This document shows, one piece after another, positions 17,445 to 26,289 of a stretch of 27,475 bases of DNA. The first letter of the stretch is position 1; each line of letters opens with the position of its first letter. This stretch comes from an uncultured archaeon (GTDB lineage: Archaea; Asgardarchaeota; Lokiarchaeia; Sigyniarchaeales; SOKP01): positions 1-27,475 of the forward strand of contig CAYUTF010000040.1 of NCBI GenBank assembly GCA_964447495.1. Reading direction: 5' to 3'. Below the pieces are notes generated by a model. The model saw only the letters and a list, made by a program, of their open reading frames with translations, was not told the origin of the DNA and did no database searches. The position numbers were made by a program, and so were the translations under genes.

Positions 17445-19490
17445 TCAACTCTGAAATAAACCTAAATTAGGATCTAGAAATTGATTTTGACACATAGGAC
17501 ATGAATTGTATTTTGATAGCCAATCCGCTACACATAAATAATGGTAGGTACTTCCACAAAAAGGGCACGTTATAACCTGATTTTTTGTAAAATCAATGTT
17601 TTTATGGCACACCGTGCATTGGACATTAGATGCAGAGACTCCTGCTCTCATTTTAGCTTTATTAGATAAGATTTCGTCTAATTTTGCTTTTTCTACTTGA
17701 TACAACCCCAAACTAGAGGTTAATTGGTTTATCTTTGCTTCAATTTCTCCAATCCGTTCCCTCAACTCATCTTCTGTTAAACGTTCAGCAAGAAATGCAG
17801 ATAGTGCGAAATTAATAGGAAGGCCCTCAAAATTCTCAGCTTGCTTTGTAATTTCGGTTATTTCTGCAAATAAAATGGATTCCTGATCAATTAATTCCTT
17901 AAAGCTTTTGAATATTTTATTAACTAAAACAGATAGTAAGAATGTAAGCTGTTGTTTCTTTCTATTAAAGTTCCTCTCCCAGTATCGAATGATATTATAC
18001 ATATCAACATTACTATCTTTATACTTATCAAGTTCGATATAAACTTCCTCTTTAATTATCTCTATTTGCTTCTTGTAATTTGTTAAAATATCTTTAACTT
18101 TCCTTAATTGGGGTAATTCTTCTTTAAGGATTAAAGAAGTCTCATCTTCATAAGAACTAATGATTTTATTTACTTCAGAAATCTTCTTATCCACAATATT
18201 TCTAATTTCTAATCTTAAGCCCTCATCTTTTATACTTATTAAATAATTCGAATACTCTTCTTTTCTACGGAAGATATCAGAGCTTAAACTTGACAACGTC
18301 TTCTTTATAGAAGCAGTGATATTTTCATACGGTTTTAAAAATTTTTCCAAATTCAAAAGCCAAGTATCAAATTCATCAATAATAGATGATAAATAATCAA
18401 TTTTGGTGTAGAACGAATTTATAATCTTTACAAATTTATTCGTTTCTTGCTCATTGAGATTATTAATCATACCCTGAAATGTTTTATCTAATCCATTAAA
18501 ATACAGAGTTATAATTTTAGGAAGTAAATCTGAAAATTTCTCTTTCAATAGTACATTCGTATCGAATGTTCCTTTTTGTTGAGTTTCATCAATATCAAAT
18601 TCTTTATCAAATCTAATTATGTCATTTAGAATTTTCTCAAATTTATCTGTGATATATGATGAAATAACAGGACGAATCTCCTGTTTTAGGGATTTCAGAA
18701 CTTCTTTTCGTTCTAATACATTAATGAATTCTTCTTCCTTCTCGTATTCTTCGAAAAATCCATTTTTATACAGAAAATAAACTAATTCTTCATGTATACT
18801 CAACTTTTTTGATTCCTTACTTAATAAAAATTGATATAACTCATCAAAATGAAAGGAGTATACCTTTTCTTTTCGAGATCTTGTTTTTTTTGACTCCGCT
18901 GCTTCATTTAAACTGATTATAAATACATTTAACTCCTTAATTTCTTCCCATATTAATAATTCATTTGGTATAGGGTTCAATTTATAATTTAGGTTTTTAA
19001 CTTTATTTGCTCGAACCCATATCCTTATCTCATTCTCATATTCTTTTTCAATCTTTACGATATTGGGCGTTAAATTGGAAAGGATATCGTTAATATCGTT
19101 TTTAATTTTTTTTGCTAATACTATAAAATTATCAAGAAAAGTGTTATGTTTCAAATTTCGCTTAACAGTTGCTGCATTCGAAATAAGATTAGCTAAATTT
19201 TGCGAAATTAAGTTTAATTCTTCTTTCACATTTAACTTAAGTTCATAATATTTACCATTGGGAATGTTTAACATATATTTATGAATAAATGATATAATCT
19301 CAAGTACGTAATTTGAATATTCATCAAGAATCTGATACTGGAATTTACTTTCAAGGTAATCATTTAATTCAACTGAATTTTCCTCATCAGATTTAAGATT
19401 TGAGAGTTCTGTTTTTAGCTTAAGAATATCTGATTTAGTATAGCCCCTTATTTCTTTAGTCTCATCAAACGTATTGTCAAAAAAAAACAA
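17445..19490 (-). CDS. Helical/coiled-coil protein with a C-terminal C4HC3 RING finger (putative E3 ligase)
   Basis: C-terminus CTVC-x13-CPFC-x4-HYLC-VADWL-x5-CPMC (RING Trp and the Pro of CPxC present); long helical body; TTG start. Confidence 0.8.
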   Translation of the reverse strand: MFFFDNTFDETKEIRGYTKSDILKLKTELSNLKSDEENSVELNDYLESKFQYQILDEYSNYVLEIISFIHKYMLNIPNGKYYELKLNVKEELNLISQNLANLISNAATVKRNLKHNTFLDNFIVLAKKIKNDINDILSNLTPNIVKIEKEYENEIRIWVRANKVKNLNYKLNPIPNELLIWEEIKELNVFIISLNEAAESKKTRSRKEKVYSFHFDELYQFLLSKESKKLSIHEELVYFLYKNGFFEEYEKEEEFINVLERKEVLKSLKQEIRPVISSYITDKFEKILNDIIRFDKEFDIDETQQKGTFDTNVLLKEKFSDLLPKIITLYFNGLDKTFQGMINNLNEQETNKFVKIINSFYTKIDYLSSIIDEFDTWLLNLEKFLKPYENITASIKKTLSSLSSDIFRRKEEYSNYLISIKDEGLRLEIRNIVDKKISEVNKIISSYEDETSLILKEELPQLRKVKDILTNYKKQIEIIKEEVYIELDKYKDSNVDMYNIIRYWERNFNRKKQQLTFLLSVLVNKIFKSFKELIDQESILFAEITEITKQAENFEGLPINFALSAFLAERLTEDELRERIGEIEAKINQLTSSLGLYQVEKAKLDEILSNKAKMRAGVSASNVQCTVCHKNIDFTKNQVITCPFCGSTYHYLCVADWLSKYNSCPMCQNQFLDPNLGLFQS

Positions 19491-19636
19491 TGAATAACAC
19501 CAAATTAAATAACATTAATTCACAAGCAAATGAAATATGCATTTTTTAAAATTTTTTGTAATTATTCCTACGATATTTCGAATATTATGAAATTATCTCG
19601 ACTTTTAGGTTACAAAATAAAATAAAGAATAATTAG

Positions 19637-20254
19637 CTATTCTCCTAGCTCATCAATTTCAATAAATTTTTCTTTTGCACCATCTTTGGTAATGATCAAG
19701 AGATCAATTCCATTTCCACTCATCGCGTCTCGCTTAATCGCATTTCGAATCGCTTTTTCGACTAGTTTAACCCCTTGCTCAATTGTCATATCTGGTTTAT
19801 AATCTGCTTCAAGAATCCCTACAGACATTAGCATACCGGTACCTGTTACTCCATAATCATCTGGTATTAAGGAGCCTATCGCATCTAAAGTATATAATTT
19901 AGGACCGTCCATATCTATACCCGCAACTATGATGTTCGTATATAATGGCGCCATTTTTCGAGAATAGAGAAAATTGGAAATTAATTTCGCTAGACTTTTT
20001 GTATTAATCCTGTGCCCCGCATCTAGTTCATATAAATTTGCTTGAGCCCTCATGATTCGAACAAGAATCTGAAAGTCCCCAATAAGCCCATATGCTGCCA
20101 ATCCAATATGATCCGTTATTTTAAATACTTTCTGGGTTGACTTATTCGTCACAGTGTAGCCCCAAGTGGCTCTTCTATCGTTTCCCAAGATTACTCCATC
20201 TTTACATTTGATAGCGACACCGCAAGCTCCTGGAACCATTATTTGTTGAGACAT
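19637..20254 (-). CDS. psmB: 20S proteasome beta subunit (non-catalytic type, lacks Thr1)
   Basis: VAIKCKDGVILGNDRRAT, KVFKITDHIG, GLIGDFQ, LYTLDAIGS, GTG, RDAMSGNG. PGACG stands in place of GTTT. Confidence 0.92.
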   Translation of the reverse strand: MSQQIMVPGACGVAIKCKDGVILGNDRRATWGYTVTNKSTQKVFKITDHIGLAAYGLIGDFQILVRIMRAQANLYELDAGHRINTKSLAKLISNFLYSRKMAPLYTNIIVAGIDMDGPKLYTLDAIGSLIPDDYGVTGTGMLMSVGILEADYKPDMTIEQGVKLVEKAIRNAIKRDAMSGNGIDLLIITKDGAKEKFIEIDELGE

Positions 20255-20712
20255 TTTTCTGTACCTTTCAAAAATTAATAAATTGTATTATTTTAATTCT
20301 TAATAGTTATAAGAAAATAAGAATTAATTAAAATTTTTGTTTTAAAATATAAAACCTTACAAATTGTGGAAATAATTAACAAGCATTTATTTCAAGTGAT
20401 TTTGAAACCTTTAAAAAACAGTTTTAGTATCTGATAATATTAACTTTTTATCATTCCGTTCTTGTTTAGATAAAAATACTTACGATCTTAATATAAGATT
20501 AAGAATTACAACAATTTCGCACTTAAGTAATATTTTTTTATTAAAAATTAATTAATGCAAAAAATTGGTATCATAATCCCATCACTATTACTTTTCATAT
20601 CATAATTATTATTGTGATCTCTAAAATAACATTATTATTCACTAATTAATTCGCTTATAACTTACTAAGTATGATCAGAAAATTGATGGGATCATATTCA
20701 TAGGGGATAATA

Positions 20713-20835
20713 AAAATTCATTCAAATTTTTTTCCTTCCCCTTTAAGTCATAAAAAAAACAATATTAAAGACCATTTCCTCAAAATTGATATTTGAATTA
20801 TTGTGATGATACTAAAATTCATTCATATTTTTTTC
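20713..20835. repeat. 22-bp direct repeat pair in the psmB-histone intergenic region
   Basis: AAAATTCATTCAAATTTTTTTC (20713-20734) and AAAATTCATTCATATTTTTTTC (20814-20835): 1 mismatch, 101 bp apart. Confidence 0.7.
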
Positions 20836-20940
20836 AATGATCACCTACCAAACTATCATGACTCATTAACCTTTAATCCAAATAATAATTTTTTGTCGTA
20901 ATTTTTGATACAATTAACTTCTCATCTTCTTCTCAATTGC

Positions 20941-20955
20941 CAAAACATTTAAATA
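20941..20955 (+). promoter_or_regulatory. Candidate BRE/TATA box for the histone gene
   Basis: CAAAACA-TTTAAATA about 100 bp upstream of the ATG. The AT-rich background makes this weak evidence. Confidence 0.3.
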
Positions 20956-21040
20956 ACTCTTCGGATATATAACTATCTAAGAAACTTTAAAAATAACTAT
21001 TAAAAAAATTAAAAACTACAATTTTAAAAATTTTATAAGT

Positions 21041-21045
21041 GGAGG
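21041..21045 (+). promoter_or_regulatory. Shine-Dalgarno site of the histone gene
   Basis: GGAGG 8 nt upstream of ATG 21054. Confidence 0.7.
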
Positions 21046-21053
21046 AATAAAAA

Positions 21054-21272
21054 ATGGCTAAAAAGAAACATAGCTTTGCATGGTCACCAATTAGAAGACT
21101 CATGAAACAACAAGGTGCAAGCATCGTAGCCAGAAATGCTGTAGATTTATTAATTGATCATCTTGAAAAGACAGCAACTGGCCTTACCGAACAAGCTCGA
21201 GCCTTTACCATGCATGCTAACAGAAAAAAGATTACTAAGAATGATTTAGTATTAGCAATTAAGTACAAATAA
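21054..21272 (+). CDS. Archaeal histone (HMf-like histone fold)
   Basis: 72 aa: SPIRRLMKQQGA.IVARNA ... HANRKKITKNDL, which aligns with HMf API.RIIK.AGA.RVS..A ... HAGRKTIKAEDI. Confidence 0.92.
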   Translation: MAKKKHSFAWSPIRRLMKQQGASIVARNAVDLLIDHLEKTATGLTEQARAFTMHANRKKITKNDLVLAIKYK

Positions 21273-21301
21273 ACTGAGAATAATAACTCCAATAGTCAAA
21301 C

Positions 21302-21318
21302 TTTTTTTTTCTTTTTTT
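21302..21318 (+). terminator. Archaeal poly-T terminator after the histone gene
   Basis: T9-C-T7 tract 30 nt after the stop codon. Confidence 0.6.
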
Positions 21319-21561
21319 ATAAATTTTGTTTTTAAAAAACTTGAGATATATATTGTATTGACTAATTAAATCTAATAATAAGAAATAATCACTCATAGCT
21401 TTGAAAAGCAAGTTATAGCATTTCATTTCATATATTAATTGATAATTAATCCCTTGATATATTAATTAAAAATTTAAAAGAAAATAATTAATAACCAAAA
21501 TGTATATTTTATTTCCGGACTTAATATTATTATAGAACTATTAACTTTTTGTTGATGATAT

Positions 21562-22221
21562 ATGGTCTCTAATGACAAAATTAAACCGGATAATGAGGAA
21601 AAGGTCAATGGAAAAGCCCGTGAAATTTTATTTCAATCCATGGAATTAATTATGAATAATCTTCAAGAAAACATTGATCATCTAAATAAGACGAAACATT
21701 TTAAGCATACCCAAAAGTTCATTGAATTGGTGTATAATGCGTTGATGAATAAAAGGAAATTTTTTCTTCTTGCATCAGGGCGTTCTGCTTTCATATTACA
21801 ATGTTTTGCTACAAGATTAGTTCACCTCGGTGCGGAGGTCTATATAGTGACAAATCTCGCAAGTATGCCTGCGCTTACAAAAGAAGATATTTTAATTGTA
21901 TTATCTGGCTCAGGAACAACGGCTATTGTAGTAAGCTTGCTAAAAAATTATGTGAATACGGTAAAACCCTATGGCATCGTAACAATTACTTCTCATCCTG
22001 AAACAATAATCGGACGAGTTGGAGATATAACTATCAAACTTAAAGGAAGAACTAAGAGAGATAAAGAAGCAGGGCATTCTGATACTGCCGTCCTAACTCC
22101 TGAGGGCACACAATTTGAAATTGCTGCTTTTGTGTATCTCGATGCGATAATAGCGGAATTAGCTATTAAAATGGGTAAAACTAATGAAGATTTGTTAAGA
22201 GCGCATTCAGAGGCAACATAA
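21562..22221 (+). CDS. hxlB: 6-phospho-3-hexuloisomerase-like SIS-domain protein
   Basis: GRSAF..FATRLVHLG, VLSGSGTT, ITSHPET, PEGTQFE, LDAIIAEL, and a C-terminal H. Confidence 0.8.
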   Translation: MVSNDKIKPDNEEKVNGKAREILFQSMELIMNNLQENIDHLNKTKHFKHTQKFIELVYNALMNKRKFFLLASGRSAFILQCFATRLVHLGAEVYIVTNLASMPALTKEDILIVLSGSGTTAIVVSLLKNYVNTVKPYGIVTITSHPETIIGRVGDITIKLKGRTKRDKEAGHSDTAVLTPEGTQFEIAAFVYLDAIIAELAIKMGKTNEDLLRAHSEAT

Positions 22222-22262
22222 ATAAGCTTAAATTTAATAGGTTAATTAAATTTTTCAGTATT

Positions 22263-22339
22263 TGTGCCCATTTATAGTGTGTCTATGAGAATAAATTCCA
22301 AACTAATTATCTATGAATAGATATCTCCAAATGGGCACA
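22263..22339. repeat. 77-bp element bounded by perfect 11-bp inverted repeats
   Basis: TGTGCCCATTT (22263-22273) ... AAATGGGCACA (22329-22339), lying between convergent genes. Confidence 0.7.
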
Positions 22340-22356
22340 CATTTTATAATTTATAT

Positions 22357-23202
22357 TTAAGTTAATAGAGCCCCTATTGCTCCAGCAAATTCTGAATTCT
22401 TAAGAAAAATAGCTTTTTTATTTCTGAGTTTGCTCATCATTGATAACATATTTTTTAAGATTTTATTATCAATTAATAACCCACCACAAAATATGATCTC
22501 TTGTATACTATAGATATCAGCTAATTGACTAGAAATCATCCCAATATTTTCACCTATAATGCAAAGAATAGACTGAATTACATCTTCCTTATTTAATAAT
22601 TCTACATTTTGCCTATTACTTATTTTTCCAAGAGATGCGGCAGTATATTCACGAAAAAGATCATCTATCCTATTATCATCTATTGGATATATATCTGATA
22701 CTTTTAAATCAACATTATACCTATTTCCTTTACTTGCTAACTCAATAATAGCCTGATAATCATCCATCTTATAAAGTAGTTTCATGAGTGCCATAAACAT
22801 GCCACCTCCCATAGCTGTTCCTCCGATATGTTCAAATGTTTTGTCTTTAAGTATGATTGATGTTCCAGTTCCTATTGTAACAATTAAAGAAGATAGTACA
22901 TCTCTTTTTTTTTCCCATTTATATAAAAAGGCAATACCATTCATATTGGCTTCAAATTCATCCAATATGGTTGTATTGTAATCTTGGGCATATTTCTTAT
23001 ATAATGGAAAAGCTCTACCACCAGTAAAGTGAATTGATTTGATTCTTTCCAAATTATTATGTATTTCTTCAAGCATAGCATCTATTTTATCATCGGTTTT
23101 CTTCATTAAAAGCCAAAATTCATTTCCATTATAATATGCTAATTTTGTTAGACTTTGCCCAATATCAATTCCAAGAGTATTTTTGGAAAATAGGACTCCC
23201 AC
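22357..23202 (-). CDS. coaW: Type II pantothenate kinase (Fumble/CoaW family)
   Basis: GIDIGQSLTKLAY, TGGRA, EFEA..G, IGTGTSI, GGTAMGGG, VDLKVSDIY, AASLGK, FAGAIGAL. Confidence 0.88.
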   Translation of the reverse strand: MGVLFSKNTLGIDIGQSLTKLAYYNGNEFWLLMKKTDDKIDAMLEEIHNNLERIKSIHFTGGRAFPLYKKYAQDYNTTILDEFEANMNGIAFLYKWEKKRDVLSSLIVTIGTGTSIILKDKTFEHIGGTAMGGGMFMALMKLLYKMDDYQAIIELASKGNRYNVDLKVSDIYPIDDNRIDDLFREYTAASLGKISNRQNVELLNKEDVIQSILCIIGENIGMISSQLADIYSIQEIIFCGGLLIDNKILKNMLSMMSKLRNKKAIFLKNSEFAGAIGALLT

Positions 23203-23332
23203 ATCGTCAGATTCAATCTTAATTTTTTGGAGATTGAAAATTAATAATCACTTCTTATGGTTTTACCACTTAAAATTTATTAAACTATATAATTTAAACA
23301 ATATATTGTATTTGAAATTTTAATTTTTTATT

Positions 23333-24724
23333 ATGTCTGAAAGATCAGATAATTATCTTACTGATGTGGCGTTAATAAGAGCAGACAATCCTATTGAGTC
23401 ACTAGTAAAGGGATTTGATATATTAGGAGGAATTAATAGATTTATTCAAGAAAATGATCATGTCTTTATTAAGATTACATTAAAATTACCTTATGGCTAT
23501 CCAACAAATATCAATTATGATACTCTAGGAAAGATTATTGATTTATGTCAAGATGCTGGTGCTAAACAAGTATATGTTGGAGATTATCCCGTGGATTATA
23601 CAAAATCAGAATTAATTGGGGATATAACAGGGTTAAAAACATTTATAGAGAGTAAAGGTGCTATGTTTACGAATTTAGATATGGAAGAAAAATTTCCCAC
23701 TAAAGAGATATTATTAGAAAACAAGAAAGTAAATGTTCCTTCTGTAATTCTTAACGCCGATAAATTTATTATAATTAATCAGATTAATGTAGATCCTTTA
23801 TTTATCTGCACTTTATCTTATTTAAATACTTATTCTATTATTTCAAAAAGATATCAAAAAATACATAAAAATGAGATGCCAGAAAAAGAATATCTCTACC
23901 AAGATCAATATAAACAAAATTTAATATCACATATTCTTGCTATTTCAGACATAAAACCTCCGAATTTAGTAATAAATGATCTTTTTTATATTCTAGACGG
24001 TGCTGGACCACTTATCTATAAAGACTCGAGATGTAAAAAAACTAATTTAATTGTGATGGGAGAAAATGCATTTGCAGTTGATTATGTTACCTTAAAACTT
24101 ATGGATATAGATATTTCAGAAAGTGAGCTATTATTAAAAGCGCAAAAACATCAATTTGGAATAAGTAATCTAAATAAAATTAATATATTAGGAGAAAATA
24201 TATCGGATGCGAAAATACAAATCCGACATTGTGTAAATGAACTCGAGGATATTAATGTGAAGAACTGTTTTCCAAGAATAGGACGATATTGTTCAGGATG
24301 TTATAGTCAAGCATATCATCTATTGAATTTTCTAAAAAGTAGTATGATAAAAGATCTCAAGTATATGGGATATTTTTCTTTTCTAATAGGGGATAATCCC
24401 CCTGAACCCGATTTAAATTCTGATATCATGATTTTTGGTGACTGCGCTATAAGTAGTACAAAGGATCGAAGTTATAGGAAATTAAAAAAACAGAAAAAGC
24501 AAAAAATGAAGAAAAAAATTACAAAGAGATTAAAAAATCAACAACCCCCATCATCTAAAAAAAATAAAATTGTTGATAATAAGCATATTTTAGAATTTCC
24601 TGGGTGTCCGCCCGATCTCAATAAATGTTGTGAGTCATTAATAAAGTATTATGGTAAAGCAAATTTACCAAACCTGAGTTTATTGGATGTAATTAATAAA
24701 AGTTTCATTATTGATAAGAATTGA
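23333..24724 (+). CDS. DUF362 family protein with a C-terminal Fe-S motif (divergent)
   Basis: LGGI..FI...D.VFIK, DAGA..V.VGD, ADKFI, DGAGP, AVD; C-terminal CSGC, FGDC, PGCPP. Confidence 0.78.
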   Translation: MSERSDNYLTDVALIRADNPIESLVKGFDILGGINRFIQENDHVFIKITLKLPYGYPTNINYDTLGKIIDLCQDAGAKQVYVGDYPVDYTKSELIGDITGLKTFIESKGAMFTNLDMEEKFPTKEILLENKKVNVPSVILNADKFIIINQINVDPLFICTLSYLNTYSIISKRYQKIHKNEMPEKEYLYQDQYKQNLISHILAISDIKPPNLVINDLFYILDGAGPLIYKDSRCKKTNLIVMGENAFAVDYVTLKLMDIDISESELLLKAQKHQFGISNLNKINILGENISDAKIQIRHCVNELEDINVKNCFPRIGRYCSGCYSQAYHLLNFLKSSMIKDLKYMGYFSFLIGDNPPEPDLNSDIMIFGDCAISSTKDRSYRKLKKQKKQKMKKKITKRLKNQQPPSSKKNKIVDNKHILEFPGCPPDLNKCCESLIKYYGKANLPNLSLLDVINKSFIIDKN

Positions 24725-24749
24725 ATGTTGAAATAAGGTTAGTATTCCC

Positions 24750-26288
24750 ATGATTAATAAAAGATTTCAGGAAGATTGGTTAAAAATGTTAAATTTAAAT
24801 TACGAAATCAATCATTCAGAAAATCCTGAAATAATTAATAAAACACTAAAGATTCCTTTCACTCATTTAGAAGTAGATGGTTATCTTCTTTATTTCCTTT
24901 TCGAATATCTTTATCCAAAATTTATAAATGACCAAAAAAACGTAGTAGATATAATTATTTCTGATTACGATATCGATAATATTACTACAGATGCTTATCT
25001 TTATAAAACTAGTAGATTGGGAATTTATGATTCAATAGTTAAATTACCAACGAAATCAATCACTATTAAACAATCAGATATGAAACATTTAGATGATCTG
25101 TTTATTAAAGTTCAATCAACACTCTTGACTACTAATAATATAAGAATAGCTTCTATTCGTTTCTTTAGAAGGAGAACCATTGATTTAATTAATCGATATT
25201 ATGAGGAAATGGAAAAATATTCAAATTTAGAATATTTACAACATTTAATTGATTTGATTCAGAAACTAATTAAAGAAAATTTAATAGTTATTTACCCTGA
25301 GCCTAATTTAGTTCAATTCTTAAAAAATATATTTCTCTTAATTGGTGACTTAAAGTTCTCTAACTTTTTTAACTTATTTTTCGAAATATTGCCGAATTTC
25401 AATCAAACTATAGTCTTTCATTCAAATAATCTAATCTTTACGTTAAATACACAAAAAATAGCAAGAAAGCAAAATAAACCTGAGCTGTTATTGACCCTTA
25501 AGAGATCAGATAATGAAAACTTCCCTATGGATTTTGATTTAAATAAAGAAGAACTGAGTCAAATACGGAAAGTATTCAAAAGTGATAACGTACTCTCTCT
25601 TAGGTTTGAACCCCTAATTAATTATATGTTAGAGTTATCGGAATTGCGAATCCCTCTAGAAAAGAAAAGAATTGAGTTATTACTTCAAAAATTGTTGTAT
25701 GCCGTTAAAAGCTTAGGTATTCATTGGAATATTATTCCTCGACCAAAAATATACAATACAATTTTTAGATTTTTAATTCGCCTTATAGGGTTCAATCTCA
25801 ACCCTATGAAAATCTCATATTGGGCTATTCCTGGGTTTATTTCTAATATGGTTGATACGTATTTAGGATTAAATTATAGAATAACTTTAATTATAGCAGA
25901 TAAAGAAAAACCTCTGAGTATAATGATGTTAGGATTTCAAGACAGCTCCTTGATAGAAATTAAATCTATTCAACAAAAAGAAATAATTGTTACAGAAAAC
26001 ATAAGCACGCTTAGTTCTGCTTGGAATAATATTAATATTAAATATGGATTTAACGTATTGATCGTCAAAATTGATATAAAGATTATTGAAAAGATATTTG
26101 AGACATTCGTATTTAGGCTTAATAAGTTAAATATCTTTACACTATATTCCCTTATGAGGATGCTCAAGCAATCAAAATATCTTGAAATTTATCCAGAACT
26201 CCCTCCATTTCAACTTATCAAGAAAAAGAACAGTTTCTCATTGATTAAGCTTCTATTAAATGTTCTCATTGATAAGTATGAATTTTGA
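24750..26288 (+). CDS. Hypothetical protein
   Basis: 512-aa ORF with ATG start, 25 nt downstream of the DUF362 gene; no recognised motif. Confidence 0.7.
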   Translation: MINKRFQEDWLKMLNLNYEINHSENPEIINKTLKIPFTHLEVDGYLLYFLFEYLYPKFINDQKNVVDIIISDYDIDNITTDAYLYKTSRLGIYDSIVKLPTKSITIKQSDMKHLDDLFIKVQSTLLTTNNIRIASIRFFRRRTIDLINRYYEEMEKYSNLEYLQHLIDLIQKLIKENLIVIYPEPNLVQFLKNIFLLIGDLKFSNFFNLFFEILPNFNQTIVFHSNNLIFTLNTQKIARKQNKPELLLTLKRSDNENFPMDFDLNKEELSQIRKVFKSDNVLSLRFEPLINYMLELSELRIPLEKKRIELLLQKLLYAVKSLGIHWNIIPRPKIYNTIFRFLIRLIGFNLNPMKISYWAIPGFISNMVDTYLGLNYRITLIIADKEKPLSIMMLGFQDSSLIEIKSIQQKEIIVTENISTLSSAWNNINIKYGFNVLIVKIDIKIIEKIFETFVFRLNKLNIFTLYSLMRMLKQSKYLEIYPELPPFQLIKKKNSFSLIKLLLNVLIDKYEF

Positions 26289-26289
26289 C

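Noticed and set aside
19479-19487. Homopolymer A/T runs as phase-variation or frameshift sites
   Set aside because: Runs of 8-9 A/T are frequent at this AT content and the reading frames remain intact.
20255-21053. CRISPR array or canonical ORB-type origin
   Set aside because: Only two copies of each repeat with no regular spacer pattern; no ORB consensus and no cas or cdc6/orc1 gene nearby.
21562-22221. Complete RuMP formaldehyde-fixation locus
   Set aside because: No hexulose-phosphate synthase gene is in the window; hxlB alone is common in archaea and does not support the pathway claim.
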